A stretch of 47,019 nucleotides of DNA from Candidatus Peribacteria bacterium (lineage in GTDB: Bacteria > Patescibacteriota > Gracilibacteria > Peribacterales > Peribacteraceae): the NCBI GenBank assembly GCA_041691135.1, contig JBEPVF010000012.1, positions 1 through 47,019 on the forward strand, read 5' to 3'. Numbering within the stretch: position 1 is the stretch's first letter; each line of letters opens with the position of its first letter. The notes beneath the pieces are model-generated. The model was not told where the DNA came from and ran no database searches. It worked only from the letters and a program-made list of their open reading frames with translations. Made by a program: the position numbers and the translations under genes. Below are positions 1 to 10,213 of the stretch, one piece after another.

Positions 1-54
1 AAGTGTCTCTCCGCCCGAGAGATTCATCGCCAATGCGAGAGATTCGCCGCACTT

Positions 55-545
55 CCGACGATGTTGCTGACGACTATCCTGCATTCGCATACTGTTTCGA
101 TCTGCAGAAGCAACCGCTCATCCTCGAAAATAAGCAGACGATCTTCTCGAATCACGGGTTCCGACACCCGGAGAAACATAAATGGGAGTGGAGCTGGCGA
201 TCATTCTACGCGGTTGTGCATCACTTCATGGAAAGAGTTGAACTGAGAGACATTCAGAATGGAGACGTAGTGGTCTATCTCGCAGAACCCTCGGATGACA
301 TCCGGCAGATGACCGTGATACATGCTGGGAAAGTCATGGACGGCAAAATCATCTCGAAGTGGGGACGCGGAAAGGAGGGGGGTGATAGCACAAATATTTG
401 GAGTCACGATGTAGATCAAGTGCCGGACTCCTATGAGGATAAGACCGGAGACATTTCCGTCGCCTACTTCAGACCGAAGCTCAAAGACATTACAGAATAC
501 TTCCTGCGCGGCTGTGAGATACGACAAAAACCATTGGTGCGTTGA
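55..545 (+). pseudogene. 5'-truncated copy of the 208-aa hypothetical protein at 46283..46909
   Basis: Near-identical from DDVADDYPAF onward. The promoter, start codon and first ~45 codons are deleted. The ORF-track N-terminus (3..54) is unrelated read-through. Confidence 0.8.
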
Positions 546-674
546 TACGATCTACGGCACTTCAGGCGACAGGGTCTCTTCTGATGTTACTGCCCCTCTG
601 GGGCGGGCAAAACTGTCCATAGTGAATGTTGATTTTTTGGCTAACCATAGCGGTCTTTTGACCATAGCCAGTGT

Positions 675-749
675 TGGTAGCCCCACCGGGAGTCGAACCC
701 GACTTTGCAGGATGAAAACCTGCTGTCCTAACCGATAGACGATGGGGCC
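675..749 (-). tRNA. tRNA-Glu (anticodon UUC), CCA encoded
   Basis: Reverse complement reads GGCCCCATCGTCTATCGGTTAGGACAGCAGGTTTTCATCCTGCAAAGTCGGGTTCGACTCCCGGTGGGGCTACCA. Cloverleaf with anticodon loop TTTTCAT and T-loop GTTCGAC. Confidence 0.97.
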
Positions 750-891
750 GTGAGAAAAGAACAACGCCTGAGAGGCAGATGTGCGCAGAGGATACAAAAG
801 AACGGCGCTGAGTAGAAGAGGAATATCGAGAGATATGCGAATAGGAGCCTTATTGTGAATATATCGAATGTATGGTAGAATAATAAGAAAT

Positions 892-1293
892 ATGACACAC
901 AAACCTCACCATCATTTTGCCCTCAAAAACGCGACGGTCACGGCTCTCGTACTTGGTATCGCGATCATTTCAACCTCCACAGATGCCCTGCTGACCGCCC
1001 AGCTTACGGAAGGCGGTGCGACAATGCTGCATGCGAGTGCTCCGATGCTACAAGAAGCAACGATCACAACGCCACTCTACGGCGCTGCGCCGCTCCAGAC
1101 TGTTGATCCGTCCGTCCAGGCTCGCCTGCTTATTGGCATGCTGATGATCCTGCTCGGTTTTACCCTGCACCTGTTCAATCTCCGCCGCATGACGCAGATG
1201 CACCTGGAACCAGTGCAGGCAATTCAAACCAAGAAGATGTTCCAAATGAAGGCGTGGTACCTCAAATACCTCGATAGACATTTAGGCATCTAA
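892..1293 (+). CDS. Hypothetical membrane protein (two hydrophobic helices, repeated LHASAP/LYGAAP motif)
   Basis: ORF preceded by TGgTAGAAT and followed by a terminator. Start at ATG 892 is inferred. Confidence 0.7.
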   Translation: MTHKPHHHFALKNATVTALVLGIAIISTSTDALLTAQLTEGGATMLHASAPMLQEATITTPLYGAAPLQTVDPSVQARLLIGMLMILLGFTLHLFNLRRMTQMHLEPVQAIQTKKMFQMKAWYLKYLDRHLGI

Positions 1294-1319
1294 GCATTGA
1301 GCCTCAATTTGAAGCAAAG

Positions 1320-1345
1320 AAAAAGCGGCCTACTGGCCGCTTTTT
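1320..1345. terminator. Bidirectional intrinsic terminator
   Basis: AAAAAGCGGCC-TACT-GGCCGCTTTTT hairpin with A/T tails on both sides, between convergent ORFs. Confidence 0.85.
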
Positions 1346-1367
1346 GTTGTGAGATAAGTAATGGTGC

Positions 1368-1412
1368 TTAGCAAGCGCCACCACAGCCACAACTTCCGGA
1401 GCCATCTGACAT
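1368..1412 (-). CDS. Putative 14-aa Cys/Gly-rich peptide MSDGSGSCGCGGAC
   Basis: ATG...TAA after a pyrimidine-rich leader, downstream of a strong promoter and directly before a terminator. Confidence 0.4.
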   Translation of the reverse strand: MSDGSGSCGCGGAC

Positions 1413-1554
1413 AAAATAAGGATGGAAAAAGAAATAACAACGAAATAGTAGCACGCCACTTGATGATTGTCTATCACTCAATACCGAAGAGTGATAACTA
1501 TCTTCCAACATAGTCAGCAAATTCCCTCTCGAAAACACGAGTGGTACCTGAAAA

Positions 1555-1753
1555 TTTTCTTTGCATTTTTCCGTGCGAAATCTCTCATCGGTTTTATGGC
1601 GACGTAGCGGGATCGCCGTCTTACCAGTTTTGTATTCGCCAAGAATCCCGCTATTCCCCACCCCGCGTAGTCGCAAAACCGTCCCTATTCTGAGGAACGG
1701 TGTTTGTGTTGGTTACTTGCCTGTTCCGTCTTGCGACCGATGCAGGAAATAAC
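1555..1753 (-). ncRNA. Putative structured leader or ncRNA of unknown family
   Basis: Nested complementary segments: 1586-1592/1736-1742, 1670-1679/1728-1737, 1604-1613/1645-1654, plus hairpin 1679-1700. Lies directly downstream of a promoter. Confidence 0.45.
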
Positions 1754-1759
1754 ATACAT

Positions 1760-1788
1760 ATTATAACATAAATTAGTAATTTCTGCAA
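1760..1788 (-). promoter_or_regulatory. Sigma70-type promoter with extended -10
   Basis: TTGCAG-17 nt-TATAAT with TGn extension (tatgtTATAAT) on the minus strand. Confidence 0.75.
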
Positions 1789-1818
1789 ATAGACCGCCCC
1801 AGCCAATTCTCTGCTTTT

Positions 1819-2739
1819 TTACCTAGTGACCGCCCCCACTAACTCGCTCACATCGTTCACTCCCTCTTTCTTTCCCCACTCTTTCATCTCGTCACACACC
1901 GTGCGGAATACATCATCGCCGCGTTCCCAGATGGCAGTGCCGATAGCGACGAGACTGGCGCCGGCCATCATGAATTCAATCGCATCTTCGCCTGTGCGCA
2001 CACCGCCCACGCCGATGATCGGCAATTTTCCTCCCGTCGCTTTATAAGCGTCCGCAATACAGCGTACGGCGATAGGTTTGACGGCAGAGCCAGAGACGCC
2101 GCCAACTTTATTGCTGAGGATCGGCTTGCGCGTCTTGAGGTCGATGACCATGCCTGGACCTAGCGTGTTGATCAGCGTGAGCCCGTCAGCCCCAGCATCG
2201 GCACACGCCTTAGCGATGGCACCGATGTTATCGACATTGGGTGAGAGCTTGAGAAAGATCGGAATCTTGCCTGCATGCTGCTTCACGATCTTCGTGACCG
2301 CCGCTGCGTCGACTGGGCTGCAGGCGAACGGCCGGCCGAGCTCATCGTGCACGTTGGGGCAGCTGATGTTCACCTCAAACGCATCCGGCTTGAACTGTGC
2401 AAACACCTCTGCCGTCTCACCGAACGCTTCGACCGATTCAGCCATGATGCTCTGGATGATGGGGACCGGACGCTCGGTATAGAGGGGCCCGAATTCTTCG
2501 CGAATCTTGTCCATGCCCGGACTCGGCAAACCGACTGCATTGAGCGTGTAGTGCTCTCCGCGCACGATGATCGGATCCGGATGTCCCGGCCGCACTGCCA
2601 GGCCAAATGACTTAATCGTGAGACCCCCCGCACCAGCCGCATACCGTCGACAATCTTCCGCATGCAATCCCCAAATGCCCGATGCCAGGAGGGTCGGGTT
2701 GACGAAGTCGATACCGAGGACGGTTTGCGCAAGGTTCAT
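1819..2739 (-). CDS. pyrD: Dihydroorotate dehydrogenase, family 1 catalytic subunit
   Basis: NPTLLASG, NAVGL, EVNISCPN (catalytic Cys), KLSPN, LINT, GGVSG and IIGVGGV motifs. Start MNLAQ inferred. Confidence 0.95.
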   Translation of the reverse strand: MNLAQTVLGIDFVNPTLLASGIWGLHAEDCRRYAAGAGGLTIKSFGLAVRPGHPDPIIVRGEHYTLNAVGLPSPGMDKIREEFGPLYTERPVPIIQSIMAESVEAFGETAEVFAQFKPDAFEVNISCPNVHDELGRPFACSPVDAAAVTKIVKQHAGKIPIFLKLSPNVDNIGAIAKACADAGADGLTLINTLGPGMVIDLKTRKPILSNKVGGVSGSAVKPIAVRCIADAYKATGGKLPIIGVGGVRTGEDAIEFMMAGASLVAIGTAIWERGDDVFRTVCDEMKEWGKKEGVNDVSELVGAVTR

Positions 2740-2804
2740 TGGAAGGAGCTTAGCACTAGAGAAGTATCCAAGGGAATCGAGAGATGCAAGGGAGATGCGG
2801 CAAT

Positions 2805-2858
2805 TGCTCACGATGAATAGGCTCCCTCGCCTCAAACGACGAAGAAAGCGACAGCGCC
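2805..2858. repeat. Solo end module of a dispersed repeat family (GCTCACGATGAAT-N20/21-CGAAGAAAGCGACAGCGCC)
   Basis: Same two blocks at 22987-23039 and 44138-44189, and inverted at 22722-22781. Confidence 0.85.
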
Positions 2859-2897
2859 ATCATCAGACGACTGAAAAAGCTAGTCTTCACCCATTTC

Positions 2898-3752
2898 TTA
2901 CACACTTCTCTTCACCGGAAACAACGTATCTCTTCGCCACCACACCGCGATCAGGAGAATAAGACCGAACAGCAGCAGGCGCAACGGACCCAAGGCTGTG
3001 ATAGGTAGCGGCAGAAAGCGAAGCGATTCGCGGAGGATCGTCAGGGCGATTGTCGAGATCGTCACACCGATCACGCTCCCCGGTTTACCCGCGACAATGA
3101 TGGCGATGTAGAAGATGAAAAATACGTACTGGAAATTACTGGGATGTACGAGCCGGAAGTACTGCTCGGAAATCAGATTGCTGAGCAGCGCTCCGACGGC
3201 AGCCAGTGAGAAGGCAACGATGTAGATCGTCGCACGACGTATGCCGAGGGCGCTGGCATACCATTCCTGTTCGGCCAACGCCTCCAGTTTGCGTCCGTAC
3301 GGCGATCGATCGATCAAAAAAATAATGATGAACCATACAACCGCAATCACACACGAAACCACGGCGAACGACTCGATCGATTCCAATCCGAACATTCGCG
3401 GTACGTTCGTGATGCCACCGGCCCCATGCGTCACCGAAATCCAGGTAGCGACGACCGACAGCAACGTCAAATGCAACGCGATCGTCAGAACGCCAAGGCC
3501 GTCGGGCGCCAAGCGCAATGCCAGCAGCGCGATGAAGAGCGACAGGAGTAACGCCCCGACCAGACCGGCGGTAATGCCATACATGTAACTGCCCGTCGCT
3601 TCGACCACCAGATACATCGGATACGTGGCGGCAATCGATACGGCGACCGATCCGAAGTGGAAAATCTTCCCTTTGCCGAACACCAGGTTGATCCCCAGCG
3701 CATTGCATAGCGTGGAAGCAATGATAATGATGACATGCAAAATGTAGTCCAT
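2898..3752 (-). CDS. livM: Branched-chain amino acid ABC transporter permease (LivM-like)
   Basis: Multi-TM protein with THGAGGI and SPYGRKL..L......A.ALGI motifs; operon context. Confidence 0.85.
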   Translation of the reverse strand: MDYILHVIIIIASTLCNALGINLVFGKGKIFHFGSVAVSIAATYPMYLVVEATGSYMYGITAGLVGALLLSLFIALLALRLAPDGLGVLTIALHLTLLSVVATWISVTHGAGGITNVPRMFGLESIESFAVVSCVIAVVWFIIIFLIDRSPYGRKLEALAEQEWYASALGIRRATIYIVAFSLAAVGALLSNLISEQYFRLVHPSNFQYVFFIFYIAIIVAGKPGSVIGVTISTIALTILRESLRFLPLPITALGPLRLLLFGLILLIAVWWRRDTLFPVKRSV

Positions 3753-4631
3753 TCAGGCTGTGCGGGAACGGGGAGTAAACAAGCCATTGGGCAGAAAAAG
3801 CAGCACGACCATCACGACGACCAGCGCAACGCTCCCCTGATACCCCGCTGGAATGTACGACCCAAACCACCACGGCAAACCGACGGCCATCTGCTCGAGC
3901 AGAGAAATGATGTACGCGGCCAGAACGGTTCCCCACAGATTATCTTTGCCACCGGCAATCACGGCCGCATACGCGCGGATGGTGAGCGGGAATGAGAAGG
4001 CCGGCGAGATGTTCTGATCGATGCCCATGTAAATGCCTGCCAGTCCGGCGAGCACGCCACTGCTGATGAAGACAATGCGATGCAAGCGCCCCGACGCGAT
4101 GCCCAAACTCCGTGCCGCTTCCGGCTGCTGCACACTGGCCCGCACGCGGCGACCGAACGGCGTGGCAAACAGAATCAATCCGGTGCAAGCCAGAAGAACG
4201 AGCGTGAAGGCGATAAGAATGAGCTGGTGATACGTGATCAGAGCATCGCCGATTGCCATCGTACCGCCGCTGGAATTGACGATGGATTTGGTGGATTCGC
4301 CGAAGAGCAGCGGGAAGAACGCATCGAGAATAATGCTGAAAGCGATGGTCGACACGAGCGGGAGAAACGGATGCCGACGGTAGAACGGTGCAATCGCCAC
4401 TTCAAAACAAATCCACGTGACGAATGCAGCGGTCAGCACACCGCCAAGAATGCTCGGCACTAAGGGGACATGCGCTACCTGATGCAGCCACCAAGTCGTA
4501 TAGCCTCCCACCAGCGCCAGTTGCCCGTGCGAAATATTGAACACACGCAGCACGCCATAGACCAACGTCAGCCCGCCTGCCAACAGCGCTGCAAACGAAC
4601 CGCCGATGAGAGCGTTAATCAGGAGTTGCAC
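3753..4631 (-). CDS. livH: Branched-chain amino acid ABC transporter permease (LivH-like)
   Basis: GLTLVYGVLRVFNISHG and TPFGRRVRA motifs, C-terminal PNGLF. GTG start inferred. Confidence 0.9.
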   Translation of the reverse strand: MQLLINALIGGSFAALLAGGLTLVYGVLRVFNISHGQLALVGGYTTWWLHQVAHVPLVPSILGGVLTAAFVTWICFEVAIAPFYRRHPFLPLVSTIAFSIILDAFFPLLFGESTKSIVNSSGGTMAIGDALITYHQLILIAFTLVLLACTGLILFATPFGRRVRASVQQPEAARSLGIASGRLHRIVFISSGVLAGLAGIYMGIDQNISPAFSFPLTIRAYAAVIAGGKDNLWGTVLAAYIISLLEQMAVGLPWWFGSYIPAGYQGSVALVVVMVVLLFLPNGLFTPRSRTA

Positions 4632-4662
4632 GTCTGGGAGAATAGCGGGTTCTGAGACTTTG

Positions 4663-4782
4663 TGGGAAGAGTCCGAAGAAGCCAACGAATCCCTGGAATC
4701 CGAGGAAAGGATTCAGAAGATCTGTATGCCCGCGTTTTAGTCGTCGGTTTCCTCGGCGCCGTCGGATTCCGGGGAGTCCTCC
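4663..4782. repeat. Inverted pair of degenerate 9-mer tandem arrays
   Basis: AAGAGTCCG AAGAAGCCA ACGAATCCC TGGAATCCG faces an inverted array (rc AGGACTCCC CGGAATCCG ACGGCGCCG AGGAAACCG). Same family at 24938-24981. Confidence 0.7.
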
Positions 4783-5922
4783 TTAATCAATAGGTACCAA
4801 CTCCGACTGCTCAAGCACTCCTCCCTTAAACTCCTTCATGGCGAAAGGAATGCCCTTTACATCGCCATTCTTGTCGAAGGAGATGGTAGCCGCAGCACCT
4901 TTGTACGGAGGCATCGCATAGAGCGCATCGCGGATTTTCTCGCCGTCGGTACCTGTCGTTTGCATCGTCTGGAGGATGATGCGTGTCGCGTCGTAGGTGA
5001 GGGCGGCAAAGAAAATACCGAACTGTGCATCACCGTACTTGGCGGTAAAGGCTTTGGTGAACGGGTCATCGCTGCTGAGCGATGGTACCGACAACGGCTT
5101 GAGGCCTTCCACCGCGTCCTTGGCAATCTTGCCAAGATTGACCGTGTCAGACGTATCGGTGCCAATGATCTGCTGTTTCATGCCAAGTCCACGCATTTGC
5201 TTTGCCATCTCGGCGACCGTCGCATCGCTCTGGCCATTGGCGAGGAACACGTCGAATTTTGTCTTCTTCAAACGCGTCATAAGAGTACGGAAATCTTTGG
5301 TACCCTGATCCACTGATTCATCGAAGACAACCGACGCACCGGGCGCCAAGTTCGCCTTCACCGAATCGCGGATACCCTGGCAGAAATCGGTATTCTCGCC
5401 GATGATGGCAATCTTTGTGTACCCAGCCTGCTTGAAGTAATTGCCCAAAGCCTTCCCCTTGAGTGCATCACTTGGGTAATTGCGGAACACAAAATCTCCG
5501 GCATCCGTCACTTTGGGACTGCTGGACGCAGGCGACAGCATGACGACTTTGGCCGCATCGGCCAATGGCGCCACGGCCAACGTTTCCGAGCTGCAGATGC
5601 CGCCGATGATCGCGACCACGTGATCGACGTTGATCAGTTTCTGACCTGCGGCAACGGCATCGCCGCTTTCGCAGCGTCCATCCTCGGCGATGATCTCGAC
5701 CTGTTTGCCGTTGATCCCGCCTTGCGTATTCACCTCATCCACCGCCATCTTCACCGCATTGAGCGTATCGGCACCCAGGCCCGGAATATCACCGGTGAGC
5801 GGACCGACATACCCGATCTTGATCGTATCCGTCGCAGCACTAGTGCCGGATCCGGTGGATGTGGTTTGGCATGCGCCAAACAAGAGACTCAGAACCGAAA
5901 CCGCAGCGAGAGAGCGCTTCAT
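4783..5922 (-). CDS. Branched-chain amino acid ABC substrate-binding lipoprotein (LivK/LivJ family)
   Basis: Lipobox LFGAC, IKIGYVGPLTG, GGINGK, SSSPKVT and FRNYPSD motifs. Confidence 0.93.
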   Translation of the reverse strand: MKRSLAAVSVLSLLFGACQTTSTGSGTSAATDTIKIGYVGPLTGDIPGLGADTLNAVKMAVDEVNTQGGINGKQVEIIAEDGRCESGDAVAAGQKLINVDHVVAIIGGICSSETLAVAPLADAAKVVMLSPASSSPKVTDAGDFVFRNYPSDALKGKALGNYFKQAGYTKIAIIGENTDFCQGIRDSVKANLAPGASVVFDESVDQGTKDFRTLMTRLKKTKFDVFLANGQSDATVAEMAKQMRGLGMKQQIIGTDTSDTVNLGKIAKDAVEGLKPLSVPSLSSDDPFTKAFTAKYGDAQFGIFFAALTYDATRIILQTMQTTGTDGEKIRDALYAMPPYKGAAATISFDKNGDVKGIPFAMKEFKGGVLEQSELVPID

Positions 5923-5977
5923 ACAAAAGGGGGAAAGCACTACCTACGGTAGGCAATCCCCCTTTTCGAGGCAAGAA

Positions 5978-7138
5978 TTATTTCACGGGCACCAACTCTT
6001 TCTGCTCCAGTTTGCCATCGTGGAAGACTTTGATGGCGAACGGAATGCCAATCACATCTCCGTTCTTGTCGAACGAGATATCGCCAGAGACGCCTGGATA
6101 CGGCTGCATAGCGTACAGACCATCGCGGATAGCTGAGCCATCGGTACCGTCCTTTTCAATCACACTGAAGATGATGTTCGCCGCATCGTACGAGAGAGAC
6201 GCAAAGTAGTAACCGAACTGGGGCTCACCGTACGCATCGTGGAACTGGGTCATAAACGTCTTACCCTTGTCGGTGTCACCCTGGAGCATCGGCACCGAAA
6301 GCACCTCGAAACCTTCTACGGCATCTTTGGCAATCACGCCCAAGTTCTGCGAGTCAGCTGCATCGCCGCCGATCATCTGCTGCTTCATACCGAGGGCACG
6401 CATCTGCTTGGCCATTTCAGCCACCGTCGCATCGCTCTGACCGTTCGGCAGGAAGATATCAAAATTCGTCTTCTTCAAGCGCGTCATCAGAGTGCGATAG
6501 TCCTTGGTACCCTGGTTCACCGTTTCGTCGAAGACAACCTTCACGCTGGCAGGCAGTTCCTTCAGGACCGCCTCGCGGAAGTTCTGAGCGAAGTCAGTAT
6601 CTTCACCGATGATTGCCAGTTTGGTGTAGCCCTTCGCTACCAGATAAGAAGCCAAGGTCTTGGCCTTATTGGCATCGTTCGGATAGTCGCGGAAGACGAA
6701 GTCACCCGCATCGGTCACTTTGGGACTGCTGGACCAGTAGGACATCAACACCACTTTGCCCGCTTCGGCGATAGGAGCCGCGGCCAATGTCTCGGAGCTG
6801 CAACTGCCACCGAGGATGGCGGCGACATGATCCACGTTGACCAGTTTCTGTGCCGCACTTGCCGCCTCCGGACTCTGACACTGTCCATCTTCCACGATCA
6901 GCTCCACCTTGCGACCATTGATACCGCCCGTGGCATTCACCTGGTCGACAGCCATCTTGACGCCATTCAGCGTATCGGCGCCGAGCGTCGCCACATCTCC
7001 GGTAAGAGCACCGATGAAACCGATCTTGATCGGCCCCGTATCGGCGGAAGCGGATGAACTGCCTGTACCGGACGTTGCCGGCTGACAAGCGACAAGAGGA
7101 AATGCAAGCGCCAGGCTCAGTGCAAATAATCGCTTCAT
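5978..7138 (-). CDS. Branched-chain amino acid ABC substrate-binding lipoprotein (tandem paralog)
   Basis: Lipobox LVAC and IKIGFIGALTG; long stretches shared with the adjacent paralog. Confidence 0.93.
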   Translation of the reverse strand: MKRLFALSLALAFPLVACQPATSGTGSSSASADTGPIKIGFIGALTGDVATLGADTLNGVKMAVDQVNATGGINGRKVELIVEDGQCQSPEAASAAQKLVNVDHVAAILGGSCSSETLAAAPIAEAGKVVLMSYWSSSPKVTDAGDFVFRDYPNDANKAKTLASYLVAKGYTKLAIIGEDTDFAQNFREAVLKELPASVKVVFDETVNQGTKDYRTLMTRLKKTNFDIFLPNGQSDATVAEMAKQMRALGMKQQMIGGDAADSQNLGVIAKDAVEGFEVLSVPMLQGDTDKGKTFMTQFHDAYGEPQFGYYFASLSYDAANIIFSVIEKDGTDGSAIRDGLYAMQPYPGVSGDISFDKNGDVIGIPFAIKVFHDGKLEQKELVPVK

Positions 7139-7269
7139 GGGAAGGGGGAAGAAGTTAGGCAAACGATAGGTGGTTTCTTGGAAAAAGCAACTTGATGAGA
7201 TTCAAGGGAAGAGATGAAGGGGAAAGAAAAATTAAGAGATCCCCTGACTCTCTTGATTCCCCTGAATCT

Positions 7270-8004
7270 TCAGTCCGTTGGATCTGCTCCAAAATAAATC
7301 TCCTGCAGCTTCTTTTGCTGCTTCACCATCGCAGGCGTGTCCTGAATAACAATTTCACCTACATCGAGAACGATCACGCGATCGCAGATACGTGAAATAA
7401 ACGGTAAATCATGTTCGATGATGAGGACCGTTTTGCCTGCATTCTTCAAGTCTTTGATCAGATCCGATACCTGCTGCGTCATTTTTGGCGAAACACCGGC
7501 CGTCGGCTCGTCGAGCAGAAACAATTCCTTCTTGCTCGTCAGCGTGCGGGCGATCTCCAAAAGCCGCATCTGACCGCCAGATAAGGAGCCGGCCTTCATC
7601 TTGGCACGATCACTGAGTCCGACCATTTCCAGTGTCCCCTTCACCACTTCCTTCAGATTGCCGAGCTGTTTGCGCTGCTCCCGCGACATCGCTTCGAGCG
7701 CCACCAGAATGTTTTCTTCCAGTGTCATGTCCCGAAAGATGCCGAAGTTCTGAAACACCCGACCGATGCCGGCATGCGCCCGATACGAAGGTGAGGCAGT
7801 CGTGATGTCCTGATCGCGCAACATGACAGTGCCGCTGGTGGGCTTGAGAAAACCGGACAGCACATTGAACAGCGTCGTTTTGCCGCTGCCGTTTGGACCA
7901 ATGAGGCCAATCACCTCACCTTGCGCCACGTCAAAAGTCATATCCTTGAGGATCTTCTGGTTCTGGATGGCGAACGACAAATGAGAAACCGAGAGGAAGG
8001 GCAT
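7270..8004 (-). CDS. livG: ABC transporter ATP-binding protein (LivG-like)
   Basis: GPNGSGKT Walker A, LSGGQ signature, LLDEPTAG and IEHD motifs. Confidence 0.9.
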   Translation of the reverse strand: MPFLSVSHLSFAIQNQKILKDMTFDVAQGEVIGLIGPNGSGKTTLFNVLSGFLKPTSGTVMLRDQDITTASPSYRAHAGIGRVFQNFGIFRDMTLEENILVALEAMSREQRKQLGNLKEVVKGTLEMVGLSDRAKMKAGSLSGGQMRLLEIARTLTSKKELFLLDEPTAGVSPKMTQQVSDLIKDLKNAGKTVLIIEHDLPFISRICDRVIVLDVGEIVIQDTPAMVKQQKKLQEIYFGADPTD

Positions 8005-8039
8005 AGACGTAGTGTAGCACCCCATCTGCCCGCTGGCGC

Positions 8040-8110
8040 CCCTCACCCCGGCCCTCTCCCTCCGCCCACCTGCCCTGCCGGGAGAGGGAGATGTGTATGT
8101 TTTGTTTTTA
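8040..8110. repeat. Palindromic repeat CCTCACCCCGGCCCTCTCCC...GGGAGAGGGAG; internally shortened inverted copy of the 22860-22980 and 44010-44130 module
   Basis: Direct sequence comparison. Confidence 0.8.
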
Positions 8111-8114
8111 CGAA

Positions 8115-8427
8115 CTCTCCACTACTCCCAGGCGGCTGCAGCCGCCCCTCTTCGCACCTTCGCTATTCCAGGGAACAGTCCCTCCGCCTATGTGGTGGGG
8201 ATAGGTGGGTACGAACTTCCTTGTCGCAAACCGTTAGGCGCGACAAGGAAGTGAGGTGGGTCATAGAGGCGGCCTGTCCGGCGTAGCCCGCAGGCGAAGT
8301 CGGATGCGCTTCTTTTTGGTTCTTTTTCTTGTCGCGGGGAGACAAGAAAAAGAACACCAGTGGTGACGGGAGAGGTTGGTGCTGGGGCATATCTCAGATA
8401 TCGCAGCGGGGATGGCTGCCACTACAG
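8115..8427. repeat. ~290-nt structured intergenic element, copy A (with a 32-nt REP-like insertion at 8273-8304)
   Basis: Colinear with 24982-25266; several hairpins, one with compensatory changes. Confidence 0.9.
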
Positions 8428-8434
8428 GTGATAG

Positions 8435-10213
<1,779 letters not shown>

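Larger units (their letters stand above)
1..749. repeat. Left arm of large inverted repeat (partner 46078..47019): tRNA-Glu plus downstream element
   Basis: 1..55 is the exact reverse complement of 46965..47019. 55..545 matches 46283..46773 with 9 substitutions by manual count. 546..674 matches 46153..46282 with about 12 substitutions and 1 indel. Confidence 0.95.

Noticed and set aside
1-55. Exact 55-nt terminal inverted repeat suggesting a linear plasmid, phage or giant transposon
   Set aside because: The interior is housekeeping chromosome, the repeat cuts through an ORF, and 55 is a common assembler k-mer. A contig break at a collapsed repeat is the simpler explanation.
3-545. 180-aa ORF as an intact gene with a different N-terminus
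   Set aside because: The first 17 codons are the antisense of the neighbouring zinc-ribbon gene, joined by the deletion; no promoter is evident.
8115-8427. Riboswitch or T-box controlling the liv genes
   Set aside because: The second copy lies between convergent genes, livG has its own leaderless-type -10, and no T-box or riboswitch consensus is seen.
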